Assembly (NCBI GenBank): GCA_963781705.1
Contig: CAWAGP010000001.1
Location: 135,406 to 199,405 of the forward strand
DNA: 64,000 nt
Origin: an uncultured Chloroflexia bacterium
GTDB lineage: Bacteria > Chloroflexota > Limnocylindria > Limnocylindrales > CSP1-4
Direction of reading: 5' to 3'
Part shown: positions 30,141 through 43,809 of the stretch, piece after piece
Layout: each line of letters opens with the position of its first letter
Numbering within the stretch: the stretch's first letter is position 1
Program-made: the position numbers and the translations under genes
The notes under the pieces: model-generated
Seen by the model: only the letters and a program-made list of their open reading frames with translations
Databases searched by the model: none
Told to the model about the DNA's origin: nothing

Positions 30141-31165
30141 TGCGTGAAGATGGCGTGGTACTGGTCGAGCAACTGCTGCTGCTCGCCGAAGACCTGAGCC
30201 CAATCGACGGTCACCGCCGGCCCCGGCTGGCTCCACGCGACGGCGCTGCTGATCGGCTGCCAGCCGGTTCCGGCGATCGCGGTCTGGGCGGGCACCGAAA
30301 GCAGGAAGTCGACGAACGCAGCCGCCGACGCCGGGTTGCGGCTCGAAGCGAAGATGGCCACCGGGCTGTACAGCGCGATGGCGCCCGGCTGCGGCCAGAC
30401 AAGCGTGATCGGCGAGCCCTTGTCGACCTCATCGCGGACCGACTTGTCGAGGCTTATGCCGACCGACTGCACGCCGTTGGCGACGTTGGTGATGACGTCG
30501 CCGATGGCCTGCACCTGGACTGCGCCGTTGGCCTTCAGTTGGCGGTAGAAGTCCATGCCGTAATCGGCCGTCGACGCGAAGTAGGCCAGCGCGGCGAACG
30601 CTGAACCGGCGAACGCCGGGTCGGGCAGCGCGACCTTGCCCTGGTACGCGGCGCTCGCCAGATCGTGCCACGACGCCGGCTGTGGTTGGACGTCGGCGCC
30701 GGCAACGAGGACCAGGTTGAGGAGCCGGGTGCCAACGAACGTGGCGGTGCGGTACTGCGCCGGAACGGCGCTGACCGCGGCGCTCGACAGCGGCGCGAGC
30801 AGGCCCTGGGCCGCGTAGGACTCAGTCGACAGCGGGTCGGTCGCCCACAGCACGTCGGCCTGCACGCCGCCCGAACGCTGCTCGGACTGGATGCGCGCGT
30901 CGAGCTGGCCGGTCGGCGCGCGGAAGACGTTGACGTGCAGGGAGGGATAGACCTGGGCGAGCGCGCCAAGCACCGCGTCGACGGTGTCCTGCGTAACCGA
31001 GGTATACAGGGTGATGGTGACGTCGGCGGGGTGGGCCGTCGAAGTCGACGCGGCGGCGCTCGGGCCAGCCGGGTTCGTGCTGGGCGCCGCCGCCGGAGCA
31101 CAGCCCGCCGTCAGCGCGCCGGCAAGCGCCAGGACGACCAGCAGGACGATCGGTATCGGTCGCAC
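30137..31165 (-). CDS. Fe(III)-binding periplasmic lipoprotein (FbpA/AfuA-like SBP)
   Basis: Signal peptide with the lipobox LTAGC. Size and composition fit an SBP. It is the first gene of the three-gene ABC operon. Confidence 0.75.
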   Translation of the reverse strand: MRPIPIVLLVVLALAGALTAGCAPAAAPSTNPAGPSAAASTSTAHPADVTITLYTSVTQDTVDAVLGALAQVYPSLHVNVFRAPTGQLDARIQSEQRSGGVQADVLWATDPLSTESYAAQGLLAPLSSAAVSAVPAQYRTATFVGTRLLNLVLVAGADVQPQPASWHDLASAAYQGKVALPDPAFAGSAFAALAYFASTADYGMDFYRQLKANGAVQVQAIGDVITNVANGVQSVGISLDKSVRDEVDKGSPITLVWPQPGAIALYSPVAIFASSRNPASAAAFVDFLLSVPAQTAIAGTGWQPISSAVAWSQPGPAVTVDWAQVFGEQQQLLDQYHAIFTQ

Positions 31166-31217
31166 GAGGGCGCCTGCGGTGGGCCGGTCGGGCCCTGGCC
31201 GCTCCGTACTCCGGTGC

Positions 31218-31589
31218 CTACGCGCCGTCGTCGGAGGGTTCGTCCCCCTCGTCGCCGAGCACAGTCAACTGGCGTGGCGCATCCGGCTGTTCGGCGCGCC
31301 GGCCGCGGCCGCGCGGCGCTTCGTGGTCGCCGCCCATGCGCCGCCTCGTCTCCACGTCGACGCCGGCGCCGTCGCCCTCGAGCGCGGGATGCTCAACCAG
31401 CGCGATCAGGCGGTTGGCCATGAAGCGGCCGGAGCGAACGGGCGTGCCCGAACGGGTCACCTCGGTCACCTCCACGACACCGCGCGCGGTGGTGATCTCG
31501 ATCCGCCGCCCGGCACGGCGCGCGACGAGCTCGAACGTCTGGGTGCCCTGGCCGGTGTCGACCACGGCCTCGACACGATCACCTTTCAT
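31218..31589 (-). CDS. Hypothetical protein (123 aa) with an acidic/Arg-rich tail
   Basis: ATG at 31589. No SD and no recognised family. Confidence 0.4.
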   Translation of the reverse strand: MKGDRVEAVVDTGQGTQTFELVARRAGRRIEITTARGVVEVTEVTRSGTPVRSGRFMANRLIALVEHPALEGDGAGVDVETRRRMGGDHEAPRGRGRRAEQPDAPRQLTVLGDEGDEPSDDGA

Positions 31590-31817
31590 GGGCGGAGCAT
31601 AGCGCGCCGCGCGCCGCACAGACCGGACCAAGTCTCGGCTGGCGCTCGGCCGACGACACTTGGCCATCGCGGGGTATTCCGCCACACAGTCGGAGCTTTG
31701 CCGGGTTTGAGTCTCACGCCGCCCTCGCGATGGGCTCCAGGGCGCAGTTTGAGGCCGAACCACGTGTCAGCGTCGGCAGACAGCGCCATTTGCTGGCAAA
31801 CATGTCCAAGTACACGT

Positions 31818-31883
31818 GCCAGACGCGGACTCGGCGCAAGCCAGACGCGGAACCGCTGTTAGCCAGGCGCGGAACCGGTCTAC
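31818..31883. repeat. Three tandem 22-bp imperfect direct repeats (GCCAGRCGCGGAAC core), with a degenerate fourth unit following
   Basis: Read directly: gccagacgcggactcggcgcaa / gccagacgcggaaccgctgtta / gccaggcgcggaaccggtctac. They lie in the 380-nt intergenic region upstream of the 31589 gene. Confidence 0.8.
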
Positions 31884-31971
31884 GCCGAAACGCTCCCGCT
31901 GGGGGCGATGACCCGTGCCCGCGACGAACCCGCGCCTGAAACGGAGATCCAAGCCCCTGAGCGGGGCATGG

Positions 31972-33054
31972 TCAGGCGCGTACTTCTTGACGCAGGAATC
32001 CCACGTACGCCAACGCGAAGGCGATCGTCGTTGCGGCTATCAGCGCCACGAACTGGCCCCAGATGACCAGCAGGCTCTGGTCGATCGACAGGATCGATGG
32101 AATCGCGCCGCTTGCCTGCGACGCCGTTACCAACCCCGGACTCAGCGTCCGGACGCTTGGGTCGAGCACGGCCGCCGTGGCCTCGGTGAACAGCTCCTCA
32201 GGCGAGATGCGACCCAGGGTGTAGGTGATGGCCGCGTTCTGCAGCTGTTGCGGGCTGCCCGTGGCAGCCGTTGGCGGTACCGGCGCGATGATGCCGGCCA
32301 GTACGCCCACGATCAGCGAGGCGAAGATCGTCGCTATCAGCCACGCACCGATGGCGACCAGCGCGGACGTGGCCGCGCGGCGCAGGAGGACCGAGCACAG
32401 GAGTGCCAGCGCCAGCCAGAAGCCCACGTAGGCAACCGCCACGACGATCCAGATCATCAGTCGCAGCACCTCGTCCGTGGTCGGAAGGATGCCCAGCTGG
32501 ATGCTGGCAATGGCTCCGACGATCGCGGTGATGGCCACGAAGATGACCGTGATCGATGACAGGCCGGCGACGAACTTGCCGTTGATGACGTCGTCGCGGT
32601 GAATCGGCTGGGCCAGCAACCGCGGCAGCGTGCCCTCGGTTCGCTCACCGTTGACCGCGTCGAAGCCGAAGGCGATGCCCAACAGCGGGCCCAGGAAGGC
32701 GATGAACGACGTGAACGGCGGGATGGTTCCGCGCGAGGCGGTGAACACTTTCAGGAACAGTGACGGAGTGCCGGCGACCTGCGAGGCGATCTCCTTGATG
32801 GCGCTGGCAGTGGCATATACGCCCGCCGCGGCGGCCAATCCGAGCACAATCGTCAACATCAGGAAGCGCAGGCTGAGCACTTGATCGGCGAACTCCTTGG
32901 CCGCGATCACGCGCCAGCCACCGCGCAGTTCGCGCGGGACGTCGACGTGCGGCGCGCGCTCTGCCGGCCGCTCGTCGGTCGGCCGATTGGCGAGTCGCTT
33001 GCGGCGCCGGCCGCGCGTCTGGGGCTGGTCGATGGCTGAAGTGTCGCCGGTCAT
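31972..33054 (-). CDS. ABC-2 type transporter permease
   Basis: Six TM helices after a charged N-terminus. ATGA overlap with the upstream ATPase. Confidence 0.75.
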   Translation of the reverse strand: MTGDTSAIDQPQTRGRRRKRLANRPTDERPAERAPHVDVPRELRGGWRVIAAKEFADQVLSLRFLMLTIVLGLAAAAGVYATASAIKEIASQVAGTPSLFLKVFTASRGTIPPFTSFIAFLGPLLGIAFGFDAVNGERTEGTLPRLLAQPIHRDDVINGKFVAGLSSITVIFVAITAIVGAIASIQLGILPTTDEVLRLMIWIVVAVAYVGFWLALALLCSVLLRRAATSALVAIGAWLIATIFASLIVGVLAGIIAPVPPTAATGSPQQLQNAAITYTLGRISPEELFTEATAAVLDPSVRTLSPGLVTASQASGAIPSILSIDQSLLVIWGQFVALIAATTIAFALAYVGFLRQEVRA

Positions 33055-34085
33055 ACGGGCAGCTCCTGCTGGCCGGGGCCCTCGCCGCCGGCGAAGTAAC
33101 GTCGGTAGATCTCGTCCAGCTCATCGCCGCGCCGGCGCAGGTGAGACGGCGGCCGGCCGGCTTCGACCAGGGCCTTTGCCAGCTCGGCGCGGACGTCGCG
33201 GTCGGCATGGACGATCAACAGGCGCTGGTCGCGTTCGTCGGGCTCGGCCGAGATCACACCGCGCAGCTTGACCGCCACTTCGCGCGCCGCCGCGAGCGGC
33301 GGTGCCGTCGACACCTCGATCGACATCGGGCCACCGGCGAGTTGCTCGGCGAGTTTATCCATGGGTCCGTTGGCGACCAGCTTGCCGGCCACGAAGATGC
33401 CCACCCGGTCGCACACCTGCTGCACCTGGTGGAGCAGGTGGCTGGCCAGCAGCACGGCCGCGCCATCGCGGGCGAGCTCGCGCACCAGCTCGAGCACGTC
33501 GACGACGCCGGCCGGGTCGATGGCCGTGGTCGGCTCGTCGAGGACGATGATCGACGGGTCCTTGACCAGCACGTCCGCCAGGCCGAGACGCTGGCGCATG
33601 CCGCGTGAGTACTTGTCGACCTGCTGGTTGCCCGCATCAGACAACCCGACGCGCGCCAGCAGGTTCTCGATGCGCTCTTCGGCGACCTTTGGCTCGATGG
33701 CGTTGAGCCGCGCCGTATAGCGCAGGTTCTGGCGACCGGTCATATTGCCGTAGAAGCCGACGTTGTCGGGCAGGTAGCCGACCTGGCGCTTGACCGCGAG
33801 CGGGTTGCGGGCCGGGTCCAGGTCGAGCACCCGTGCGCTGCCGCTGGTCGGCTCGGACAGGCCGAGCAGCATCAGGATGGTGGTCGTCTTGCCGGCCCCA
33901 TTGGGACCCAGCAGGCCGAAAACCTCGCCGTGCTTGACCGACAGGTCAAGCCGGTCGACAGCGATGAAGTCGCCGTATTTCTTGGTCAGCGCCTTCGTTC
34001 GGATGGCCGGCGCACCGCCCGGCGTCAGGCCGCGCCGCGGCGCGGCCGCGGCGTCCTGCTGGGCGGTGGGCTCAGCGACGGCCAT
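33051..34085 (-). CDS. ABC-2 type transporter ATP-binding protein (DrrA/CcmA-like)
   Basis: Walker A GPNGAGKTT. Signature YSRGMRQRL. Walker B IIVLDEPT. Confidence 0.85.
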   Translation of the reverse strand: MAVAEPTAQQDAAAAPRRGLTPGGAPAIRTKALTKKYGDFIAVDRLDLSVKHGEVFGLLGPNGAGKTTTILMLLGLSEPTSGSARVLDLDPARNPLAVKRQVGYLPDNVGFYGNMTGRQNLRYTARLNAIEPKVAEERIENLLARVGLSDAGNQQVDKYSRGMRQRLGLADVLVKDPSIIVLDEPTTAIDPAGVVDVLELVRELARDGAAVLLASHLLHQVQQVCDRVGIFVAGKLVANGPMDKLAEQLAGGPMSIEVSTAPPLAAAREVAVKLRGVISAEPDERDQRLLIVHADRDVRAELAKALVEAGRPPSHLRRRGDELDEIYRRYFAGGEGPGQQELPV

Positions 34086-35253
34086 AACGCTGGAAGACGA
34101 AGAAGAGGCCGATGAAGACGATGACCAGCACGGCGATGCCGATCAGCCCACCGAGCGCGGATGTCTCGACCGTGGTCCTGATCTGGACGGTGTCAGAGCT
34201 GCCGTCGCTGCTGCGCGCGATCAAGCTCACCACGTAGTCACCGGCGATCGCGTCGGGCGCGGGCTGGATGGTCGCCACGACCGGCTGGTCGACTTGCGGG
34301 TCGATCTGGGCGATGGTCGGCTGGTCGAAGGTCACCGTCCACCCCTGCGGCGGCGTCGCCGTCATCGCCACGTTGGTCAGTTGCGCCGTGCCGGAGTTGG
34401 AGACGACCAGGTTGAGGGTGGTCGTGTTGCCGGCGCTGACCGAAGCGTTGAGCACCTGGTCTTGCGTGGTGAGCGACATCGAGTAGCTGCCGGTGATCTT
34501 GACCGACAGCTGCGTCTGAACGGGATCCGGGCCACCTATGGCCGTCACTGTGATGGGGTAGGCCCCCGCCGCCGTGGTACTGGGCGCCTGCGCATTCACC
34601 TGGACGGAGGTGGTCGATCCCGCGTCGGTTACGACGGTCGCGGCCTGGCTCTGGCCGGTTGGCTGCGCCGTGAGCGTCCAGCCCACGGGCCCGTCAACCT
34701 GCAGCTGGAAATTGATCTGCTGGGCGGTGGCGTTGTGCAGTGAGAGCTCGAAACGGAAGTTGTTGCTCGTCGGCCCCTGCAGCTCGGGATAGCTGGCCGT
34801 CATCGTGACCGATCCCGCCGTGGGCGTCTCGATGGTGATGTCCAGCTCCAGGCTGGCTGTCGCGCCGGATGCGCTCTGGCCGTTGATGAGCACCTTGTTC
34901 GGGCCAGGTTGCGTATCGGCGGGGATGTCGACCTCGACCTGGAACTGGGCGCTCGGGGTGGTGGCAACCTCGCCGCTGGCGATCGGCTGAGCGGTGGTGT
35001 AGACGGCCGAGATGGTCGAGCCCCCGCCGCGCAGGCTGGTCGTCCAGGTGTCCGGCGTGCCGGCCGTTGTCAGGTCGACCCGCTCGGGCTGCTCGGTAGT
35101 CACCGTCACGGTGAAGCGTGCTGTGCCTCCGGGATCAGCTACGACCGACGGAAAGGGCGTGGTGATCTGCAGCGGGGTCTGGGCGACGGCAACCGCCGGC
35201 AGCAGCATGGCCAACAGCAACGCTGCCGCGAAACCGGCACGCACAAAGCGCAT
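34072..35253 (-). CDS. Secreted/anchored cell-surface protein with NEW3-like (COG1470-type) repeats and a C-terminal TM anchor
   Basis: Signal peptide MRFVRAGFAAALLLAMLLPAVAVA. Thr/Ser/Gln-rich beta-repeat composition. A C-terminal hydrophobic helix followed by RR. It is the first gene of the operon with the ABC-2 transporter. Confidence 0.65.
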   Translation of the reverse strand: MRFVRAGFAAALLLAMLLPAVAVAQTPLQITTPFPSVVADPGGTARFTVTVTTEQPERVDLTTAGTPDTWTTSLRGGGSTISAVYTTAQPIASGEVATTPSAQFQVEVDIPADTQPGPNKVLINGQSASGATASLELDITIETPTAGSVTMTASYPELQGPTSNNFRFELSLHNATAQQINFQLQVDGPVGWTLTAQPTGQSQAATVVTDAGSTTSVQVNAQAPSTTAAGAYPITVTAIGGPDPVQTQLSVKITGSYSMSLTTQDQVLNASVSAGNTTTLNLVVSNSGTAQLTNVAMTATPPQGWTVTFDQPTIAQIDPQVDQPVVATIQPAPDAIAGDYVVSLIARSSDGSSDTVQIRTTVETSALGGLIGIAVLVIVFIGLFFVFQRYGRR

Positions 35254-35446
35254 TTCAAACTACTCCCATTGACTTTGATGTTTCACGGTAGCGAGCCGGC
35301 CCGCGCATATCGAACCCTCCCGCGAGCTTCGGGCACGTGCCCAAATCGTCGCTCGCCGAAGTTGCGCCTTGGCAATTGGCGAGTGGCTTTTTCTTCACCA
35401 AAGCGGACCAAACCACCAGGCGAAGGGCGAGCCTACCGCAACAAGC

Positions 35447-36967
35447 TCACTGGTTGCGATTTGCGATGCTACTCGCCAACTCGACAAGCGTCCTGACCGG
35501 GGCTCCCTGTGGCCCCTTGGGCGAGAAGGACCGGTCCTCCTCGTACCACGCCGTGCTGGCAATATCGAGGTGCGCCCATTCCGTCTGCGGTTCAACGGCC
35601 GCGTCTATGAACGCGGCGCCCAGGCTGGCACCTCCCAGCCCACCGCCGCCGGTGTTGCGCAGGTCGGCTATGTCGCTTTTCATGTCATCGCGAAATTCAT
35701 CCGACAGGGGCATCGGCCACATCCGCTCACCCGCGCGCTGGCCGGCGCTGCGAATCTCATCGACGAATCCGGCGGGCCGGCCGAACAGGCCCGTGTAGTG
35801 GCGGCCGAGCGCGACGCGGATGGCGCCGGTCAGCGTGGCCACGTCGACGACTCGCGACGCGCCTTCGCGCTGGGCATAGGTCACACCGTCGAGCAGGACC
35901 AGCCGGCCCTCAGCATCGGTGTTGATGACCTCGACCGTCTTGCCGCTCATGCTGGTGAACACGTCGCCCGGCTTGGTGGCGCGCCCGCCGGGCAGGTTCT
36001 CGGTCGCCGGAGCGACGCAGATCACGTTGATCGGCAGGCCCAGCCGGGCGATCGCACCGATGCTCCCAATAACTGCCGCCGCGCCGGCCATGTCGTGCTT
36101 CATCAGGTGCATGTCCTTCGGATCCTTGAGCGAGATGCCGCCCGAGTCGAAGGTGATGCCCTTGCCCACCAGGCCGAGGTCGTACCCATCGCCACTGCGT
36201 CCGCGGTAGCGCAGGACGATGAATTTCGCCGGTTCAGCGCTGCCGTGCGCAACCGACAGGTAGCTGCCCATGCCGAGCCGCGCAGCCGCATCCTCTTCGA
36301 TGACATCGAACTGCAGGTGATGCGCTGCGGCCAGTTCGCCCGCAGCCGCGGCGAGGTGCGTGGGCGTCATCAGGTTGGCCGGCTCATTTGATCGAGCGCG
36401 GGCCCAGTTGACGGCCTCGCCGACGGCTGCGCCGCGCTCAATGGCCAGCGCCGCGGCATCCCCCGCAGCACCGGCGGTCGGGTCGGCCAGCAGCACGACC
36501 TCGTCAACCGGCGGCAGCCGCTCGGCGTCGCTGCCGGTCTGGTGCGTATGCGGATCCCACAGTGCATACACGACACCCTCGACAGCGGCCTGGACGGCCG
36601 TTTCCGGTCCCACCTGGGCGGTTTCCAGGCAGACGCCGACACGGCGCGCCTTGGAACCCCACAGCGCCTTGACGCCGGCGCTGGCCACGCGCCAGGCCCG
36701 CTCGGCGTCGTATTCGCTCCGCTTGCCGGCACCGACCACGACCAGGCGCAGGGCGCTGGCGCCGTCAGTAGCAGCCGGTTGAAGATGGGTGCGTGTGCTG
36801 AACAGGCTGCCGGCGCCGCCATCAGCGGCGAGCCACTCGGCGAGTTTGCGGATCTCGCCGCCTGCTCCACGGGCGGCGTGGACCGGCTCGTCGCCGTCCT
36901 TGAAGACCGGGACGACGACAGCGTCGAGACTCGAATCGGCGGCTGAAGAAGCGATGTTGAACTGCAT
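35447..36967 (-). CDS. pepA: Leucyl aminopeptidase (M17)
   Basis: M17 signature NTDAEGRL. 506 aa. Confidence 0.85.
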   Translation of the reverse strand: MQFNIASSAADSSLDAVVVPVFKDGDEPVHAARGAGGEIRKLAEWLAADGGAGSLFSTRTHLQPAATDGASALRLVVVGAGKRSEYDAERAWRVASAGVKALWGSKARRVGVCLETAQVGPETAVQAAVEGVVYALWDPHTHQTGSDAERLPPVDEVVLLADPTAGAAGDAAALAIERGAAVGEAVNWARARSNEPANLMTPTHLAAAAGELAAAHHLQFDVIEEDAAARLGMGSYLSVAHGSAEPAKFIVLRYRGRSGDGYDLGLVGKGITFDSGGISLKDPKDMHLMKHDMAGAAAVIGSIGAIARLGLPINVICVAPATENLPGGRATKPGDVFTSMSGKTVEVINTDAEGRLVLLDGVTYAQREGASRVVDVATLTGAIRVALGRHYTGLFGRPAGFVDEIRSAGQRAGERMWPMPLSDEFRDDMKSDIADLRNTGGGGLGGASLGAAFIDAAVEPQTEWAHLDIASTAWYEEDRSFSPKGPQGAPVRTLVELASSIANRNQ

Positions 36968-36997
36968 GACTGAAAGGGTATTAGAGTCATCGCCCGT

Positions 36998-37579
36998 ATG
37001 CCGCGCCGAGTCTTCAGCTTCGACCAGCCAGACCAGTTTGTGTGTGGCACCGTGGGTCAGCCCGGCCAGCGCACCTTCTTCCTGCAGGCGCGCCAGGGTG
37101 ACCGCGTCGTCTCCGTGGCGCTCGAGAAGGTCCAGGTCGCCGCGCTGGCCGAGCGCGTCGCGACCCTGCTGCTGTCACTGCGCAGCGGCGGCCTGGACAT
37201 GAACGACCAGCCGATCGCCCCGCCACCGCCTCTGCGCGAGCCCGTGGTCGAGCAGTTCCGCGTGGGGACGCTGCGTCTGGGCTGGGACGGCGAGCACGAG
37301 CGGGTGGTCATCGAGGCACACGAGGTCACCGCCGAGGACGAGGATGAGGACGAGGAGTCCGAGACGGCCGATGAGGAGCCGCTCGACAGCCTGTTGGCGG
37401 CCGACCTCGGCGACGGCCCGGACGTGGTGCGCGTGCAACTCGAGCCCGACGCCGCGCTGGCATTCGCCTCCGGTGCGGTGGCCGTCGTCCAGGCGGGCCG
37501 GCCGCCGTGCCCGCAGTGCGGCCAACCGCTCGAGCCGACCGGCCACTTCTGCGTGCGCAAGAACGGGTACAAGAACTGA
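36998..37579 (+). CDS. DUF3090-family protein with a C-terminal zinc ribbon (CPQCGQ...HFC)
   Basis: Conserved actinobacterial hypothetical protein (TIGR03847-like). It has an acidic linker. Confidence 0.7.
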   Translation: MPRRVFSFDQPDQFVCGTVGQPGQRTFFLQARQGDRVVSVALEKVQVAALAERVATLLLSLRSGGLDMNDQPIAPPPPLREPVVEQFRVGTLRLGWDGEHERVVIEAHEVTAEDEDEDEESETADEEPLDSLLAADLGDGPDVVRVQLEPDAALAFASGAVAVVQAGRPPCPQCGQPLEPTGHFCVRKNGYKN

Positions 37580-37584
37580 CGACG

Positions 37585-38342
37585 ATGTCCGGCGGACTGG
37601 GCGGCGCGGCCGATCTCGAACTGTTGCGTGAGGGGGAGCTCGAAATCATCGGCCGTCTGCCGGGTGCCTCGAACGCCACCTTCGTGGCGCGCATCACGGA
37701 CGGCAGCGCGGCGAACGATCCCGAGGACGACGAGAGCGAGCCGATCGACGGCCTGGTGTGCGTCTACAAGCCGGTCCGCGGCGAGCGCCCCCTGGACGAC
37801 TTCCCGACCGGCACGCTCGCGCGGCGCGAGGTCGCCGCGTACGCACTCTCGCAGTCGAGCGGCTGGGGCATCGTGCCGCCGACCGTCCTGCGCGACGGAC
37901 CGTTCGGTGAGGGGATGGTCCAGCGCTGGGTCGACATCGACGAGGAGGTCGACCGGGTGGACCTGGTCAATGGCGCCGATCGGCGGCTGCGGCAGATGTG
38001 TGTCTTCGATGCGCTGGCCAACAATGCGGATCGAAAGGTCGGCCACCTGCTGCCGACCGATAGCGGCCACGTGTTCGGCGTGGACCACGGCATCTGCTTT
38101 GCCGTCGAACCGAAACTCCGCACAGTTTTATGGGCGTGGCGCGGCCAACGGCTGTCCACGGCCGAGCTGGCCGTCGTGCGCCAGGTATGCGAGGCGCTCG
38201 ACGGGGACCTGGGCGCGGCGTTGCGCGAACTCATTTCGCGCCGTGAGGTGCGCGCGACCGCCCGGCGCGCCGAGATGCTGCTGACCAGCGGCCGTTTCCC
38301 GCTGCCCGATCCGGATCGCCCGGCGGTGCCCTGGCCGCCTTT

Positions 38343-38346
<4 letters not shown>
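37585..38346 (+). CDS. SCO1664-family protein (PI3/4-kinase-like fold, TIGR03843-like)
   Basis: ATG at 37585, 5 nt after the DUF3090 stop. A conserved partner gene. Confidence 0.7.
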
Positions 38347-41741
<3,395 letters not shown>

Positions 41742-41751
41742 GAACGGCTCC

Positions 41752-43698
41752 TCATCGGGCGCTTCCGCGCGCCGCCGGGCGACGCAGCCAGAAGACGTGC
41801 GCGGCGCGCACGCCGGGATCGAGCGCGACCCAATTCTGGGCGCCCTGCCAGAGGTACGTCGCCCGATCGAGCAGATCGACCGCCTCAAAGGGCTCGTCCG
41901 GTGGCAGGCCCAGACCGGCCAGGTCGAGCGTGAGCGTGCCCGATTGAACGGCCAGCGGATCGAAATTGACGACTGTCAGGATGATGTCGCGCCGGTCGGC
42001 AGTGTTCTTGGTATAGGCGAGCAACTGGTCGTTGTCGACCGCCTGAAACCACAGGCGCTCGTTGGTCTGCAGCGCCGGGTGATCGCGCCGCGCGGCGTTG
42101 AGGCGCTCGATCAGCGGCGCGAGCGAGTCAGGCGCGTCGAGGTCCCAGGTGCGCTGCTGGTACTTCTCCGAGTCGAGGTATTCCTCCGAACCCGGCTCGC
42201 GCGGAGTGTGCTCGAGCAGCTCGAAGGCCGGCCCGTAGATGCCGTAGTCGGCCGACAACGTGGCTGCCAGCACGAGTCGTGCTGCGAACGCGGGACGCGT
42301 CCCCACCTGCAGGTCGGCATGCAGGATGTCCGGAGTGTTCGGCCAGAAGTTGGGTCGGAAGAACTCGCTGACCGGCGGCGAGGTGAGCTCGGTCAGGTAG
42401 GCGGCCAACTCGGCCGGGCTGTTGCGCCAGGTGAAGTACGTGTAGCTCTGCGAGAAGCCGAGCTTGGCCAGCCGATACATCACCTTGGGCCGCGTGAAGG
42501 CCTCGGCCAGGAAGAGCACCTCGGGATGGTCCGCCTTGATATCGGCGATGCACCACTCCCAGAAGCCGAATGCCTTGGTGTGCGGGTTGTCGACGCGAAA
42601 GATGGTCACGCCCTGCTCGATCCAGAAGCGGAAGACGTCGTTCAGCGCCCCCCACAGTCCGCGCCAGTCCCGGCTCTCGAAGTCGAACGGGTAGATGTCC
42701 TGGTATTTCTTGGGCGGATTCTCGGAGTACTGGATGGTGCCGTCGGGGCGCGCGCGGAACCAGTCGGGATGTTCGGTCACCCAGGGATGGTCGGGTGAGG
42801 CCTGGAAGGCGATGTCCAGCGCGACCGAGATACCGCGCCGGGCGGCCTCCGCGACCAGCGATCGGAAATCCGCGAGCGTGCCCAGTTCCGGATGGACCGC
42901 GGTGTGGCCGCCCTCCGGTCCGCCGATCGCCCACGCCACGCCGGGATCGGCCGCGGACTGCGCCGGTTCGTTGTTGGGGCCTTTGCGGAACTGCCGGCCG
43001 ATGGGATGGATGGGTGGCAGGTACAGCACGTCGAAGCCCAGCCGCTGCACGTAATCAAGCCGGGCGACGACATCGGCGAACGTGCCGTGCCGGCGTGGGT
43101 CGGGCGACGCCGAGCGCGGGAACAGCTCGTACCAACTCGAGAAGCGCGCGCGCTCGGGGTCGACGATGACGTCGAACGTGGCCGAGCTGGCTGCCTGGCT
43201 GCGATCCGGATAGCGCTCGATCAGCTCGACCAGCGGCCCCGTGACGATCGACTGCCCGCCGCGCAGACGACCCGCCAGTTCGCGCAGTCGCCGAGCATGA
43301 TCATCGTCAACCTCAGCGGCCCGCTCCCCCGCTGCCTGCACCAGCTGCGCGCCGATCAACAGGTCGATGCGCACGTCCTGGCCCGCGTCCAGGCGCTTGG
43401 CCAGGTCGTGCTGCCAGGTTCGAAAGTGGTCGACCCATGCGCTGACTGAATACTGGTATCGGCCCAGGTCGGCAAGCGCGAAGGTGCCCCGCCAGCGATC
43501 GTTGCCCAGCGCGATCATCTCGACTTCGCGCCACTCCCCGCTCGTCCCGCCATGGCACCAGCGCAGCACGACCCGGATTTCGTCGTGGCCGTCGCCAAAC
43601 GCGTCGGCTTCCACCGCGAACGTGTCGCCGACGATCCGCTTGACGGCAAAACGACCGCCGTCGAGCTGAGGCGTAACGGCCTCGATCACCGTGCGCAC
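41752..43698 (-). CDS. glgE: Alpha-1,4-glucan:maltose-1-phosphate maltosyltransferase
   Basis: 648 aa. GlgE N-terminal domains followed by a GH13 core. It sits directly upstream of treS-mak. Confidence 0.85.
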   Translation of the reverse strand: MRTVIEAVTPQLDGGRFAVKRIVGDTFAVEADAFGDGHDEIRVVLRWCHGGTSGEWREVEMIALGNDRWRGTFALADLGRYQYSVSAWVDHFRTWQHDLAKRLDAGQDVRIDLLIGAQLVQAAGERAAEVDDDHARRLRELAGRLRGGQSIVTGPLVELIERYPDRSQAASSATFDVIVDPERARFSSWYELFPRSASPDPRRHGTFADVVARLDYVQRLGFDVLYLPPIHPIGRQFRKGPNNEPAQSAADPGVAWAIGGPEGGHTAVHPELGTLADFRSLVAEAARRGISVALDIAFQASPDHPWVTEHPDWFRARPDGTIQYSENPPKKYQDIYPFDFESRDWRGLWGALNDVFRFWIEQGVTIFRVDNPHTKAFGFWEWCIADIKADHPEVLFLAEAFTRPKVMYRLAKLGFSQSYTYFTWRNSPAELAAYLTELTSPPVSEFFRPNFWPNTPDILHADLQVGTRPAFAARLVLAATLSADYGIYGPAFELLEHTPREPGSEEYLDSEKYQQRTWDLDAPDSLAPLIERLNAARRDHPALQTNERLWFQAVDNDQLLAYTKNTADRRDIILTVVNFDPLAVQSGTLTLDLAGLGLPPDEPFEAVDLLDRATYLWQGAQNWVALDPGVRAAHVFWLRRPAARGSAR

Positions 43699-43809
43699 GC
43701 GGCCCGCGTCGCCGGTAATATCCCGCCCGGTCAGCGCTTCACCCCGTTGCCGGCAATGACGACCGCCGCGCCGACGATGGCTGCGGCCGGCTCACTCCAG
43801 GCGCCCGGG

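Noticed and set aside
31730-31952. Small ORFs (31586..31789, 31730..31939, 31767..31952) in the 380-nt intergenic region
   Set aside because: No SD, no motifs, and compositionally like GC-frame noise. The region is better explained as regulatory, given the 22-bp repeats.
35254-35446. Imperfect hairpin (CGCTCGCC...GGCGAGTG) downstream of pepA as a terminator
   Set aside because: The stem has a mismatch and no U-tract. The evidence is too weak to annotate.
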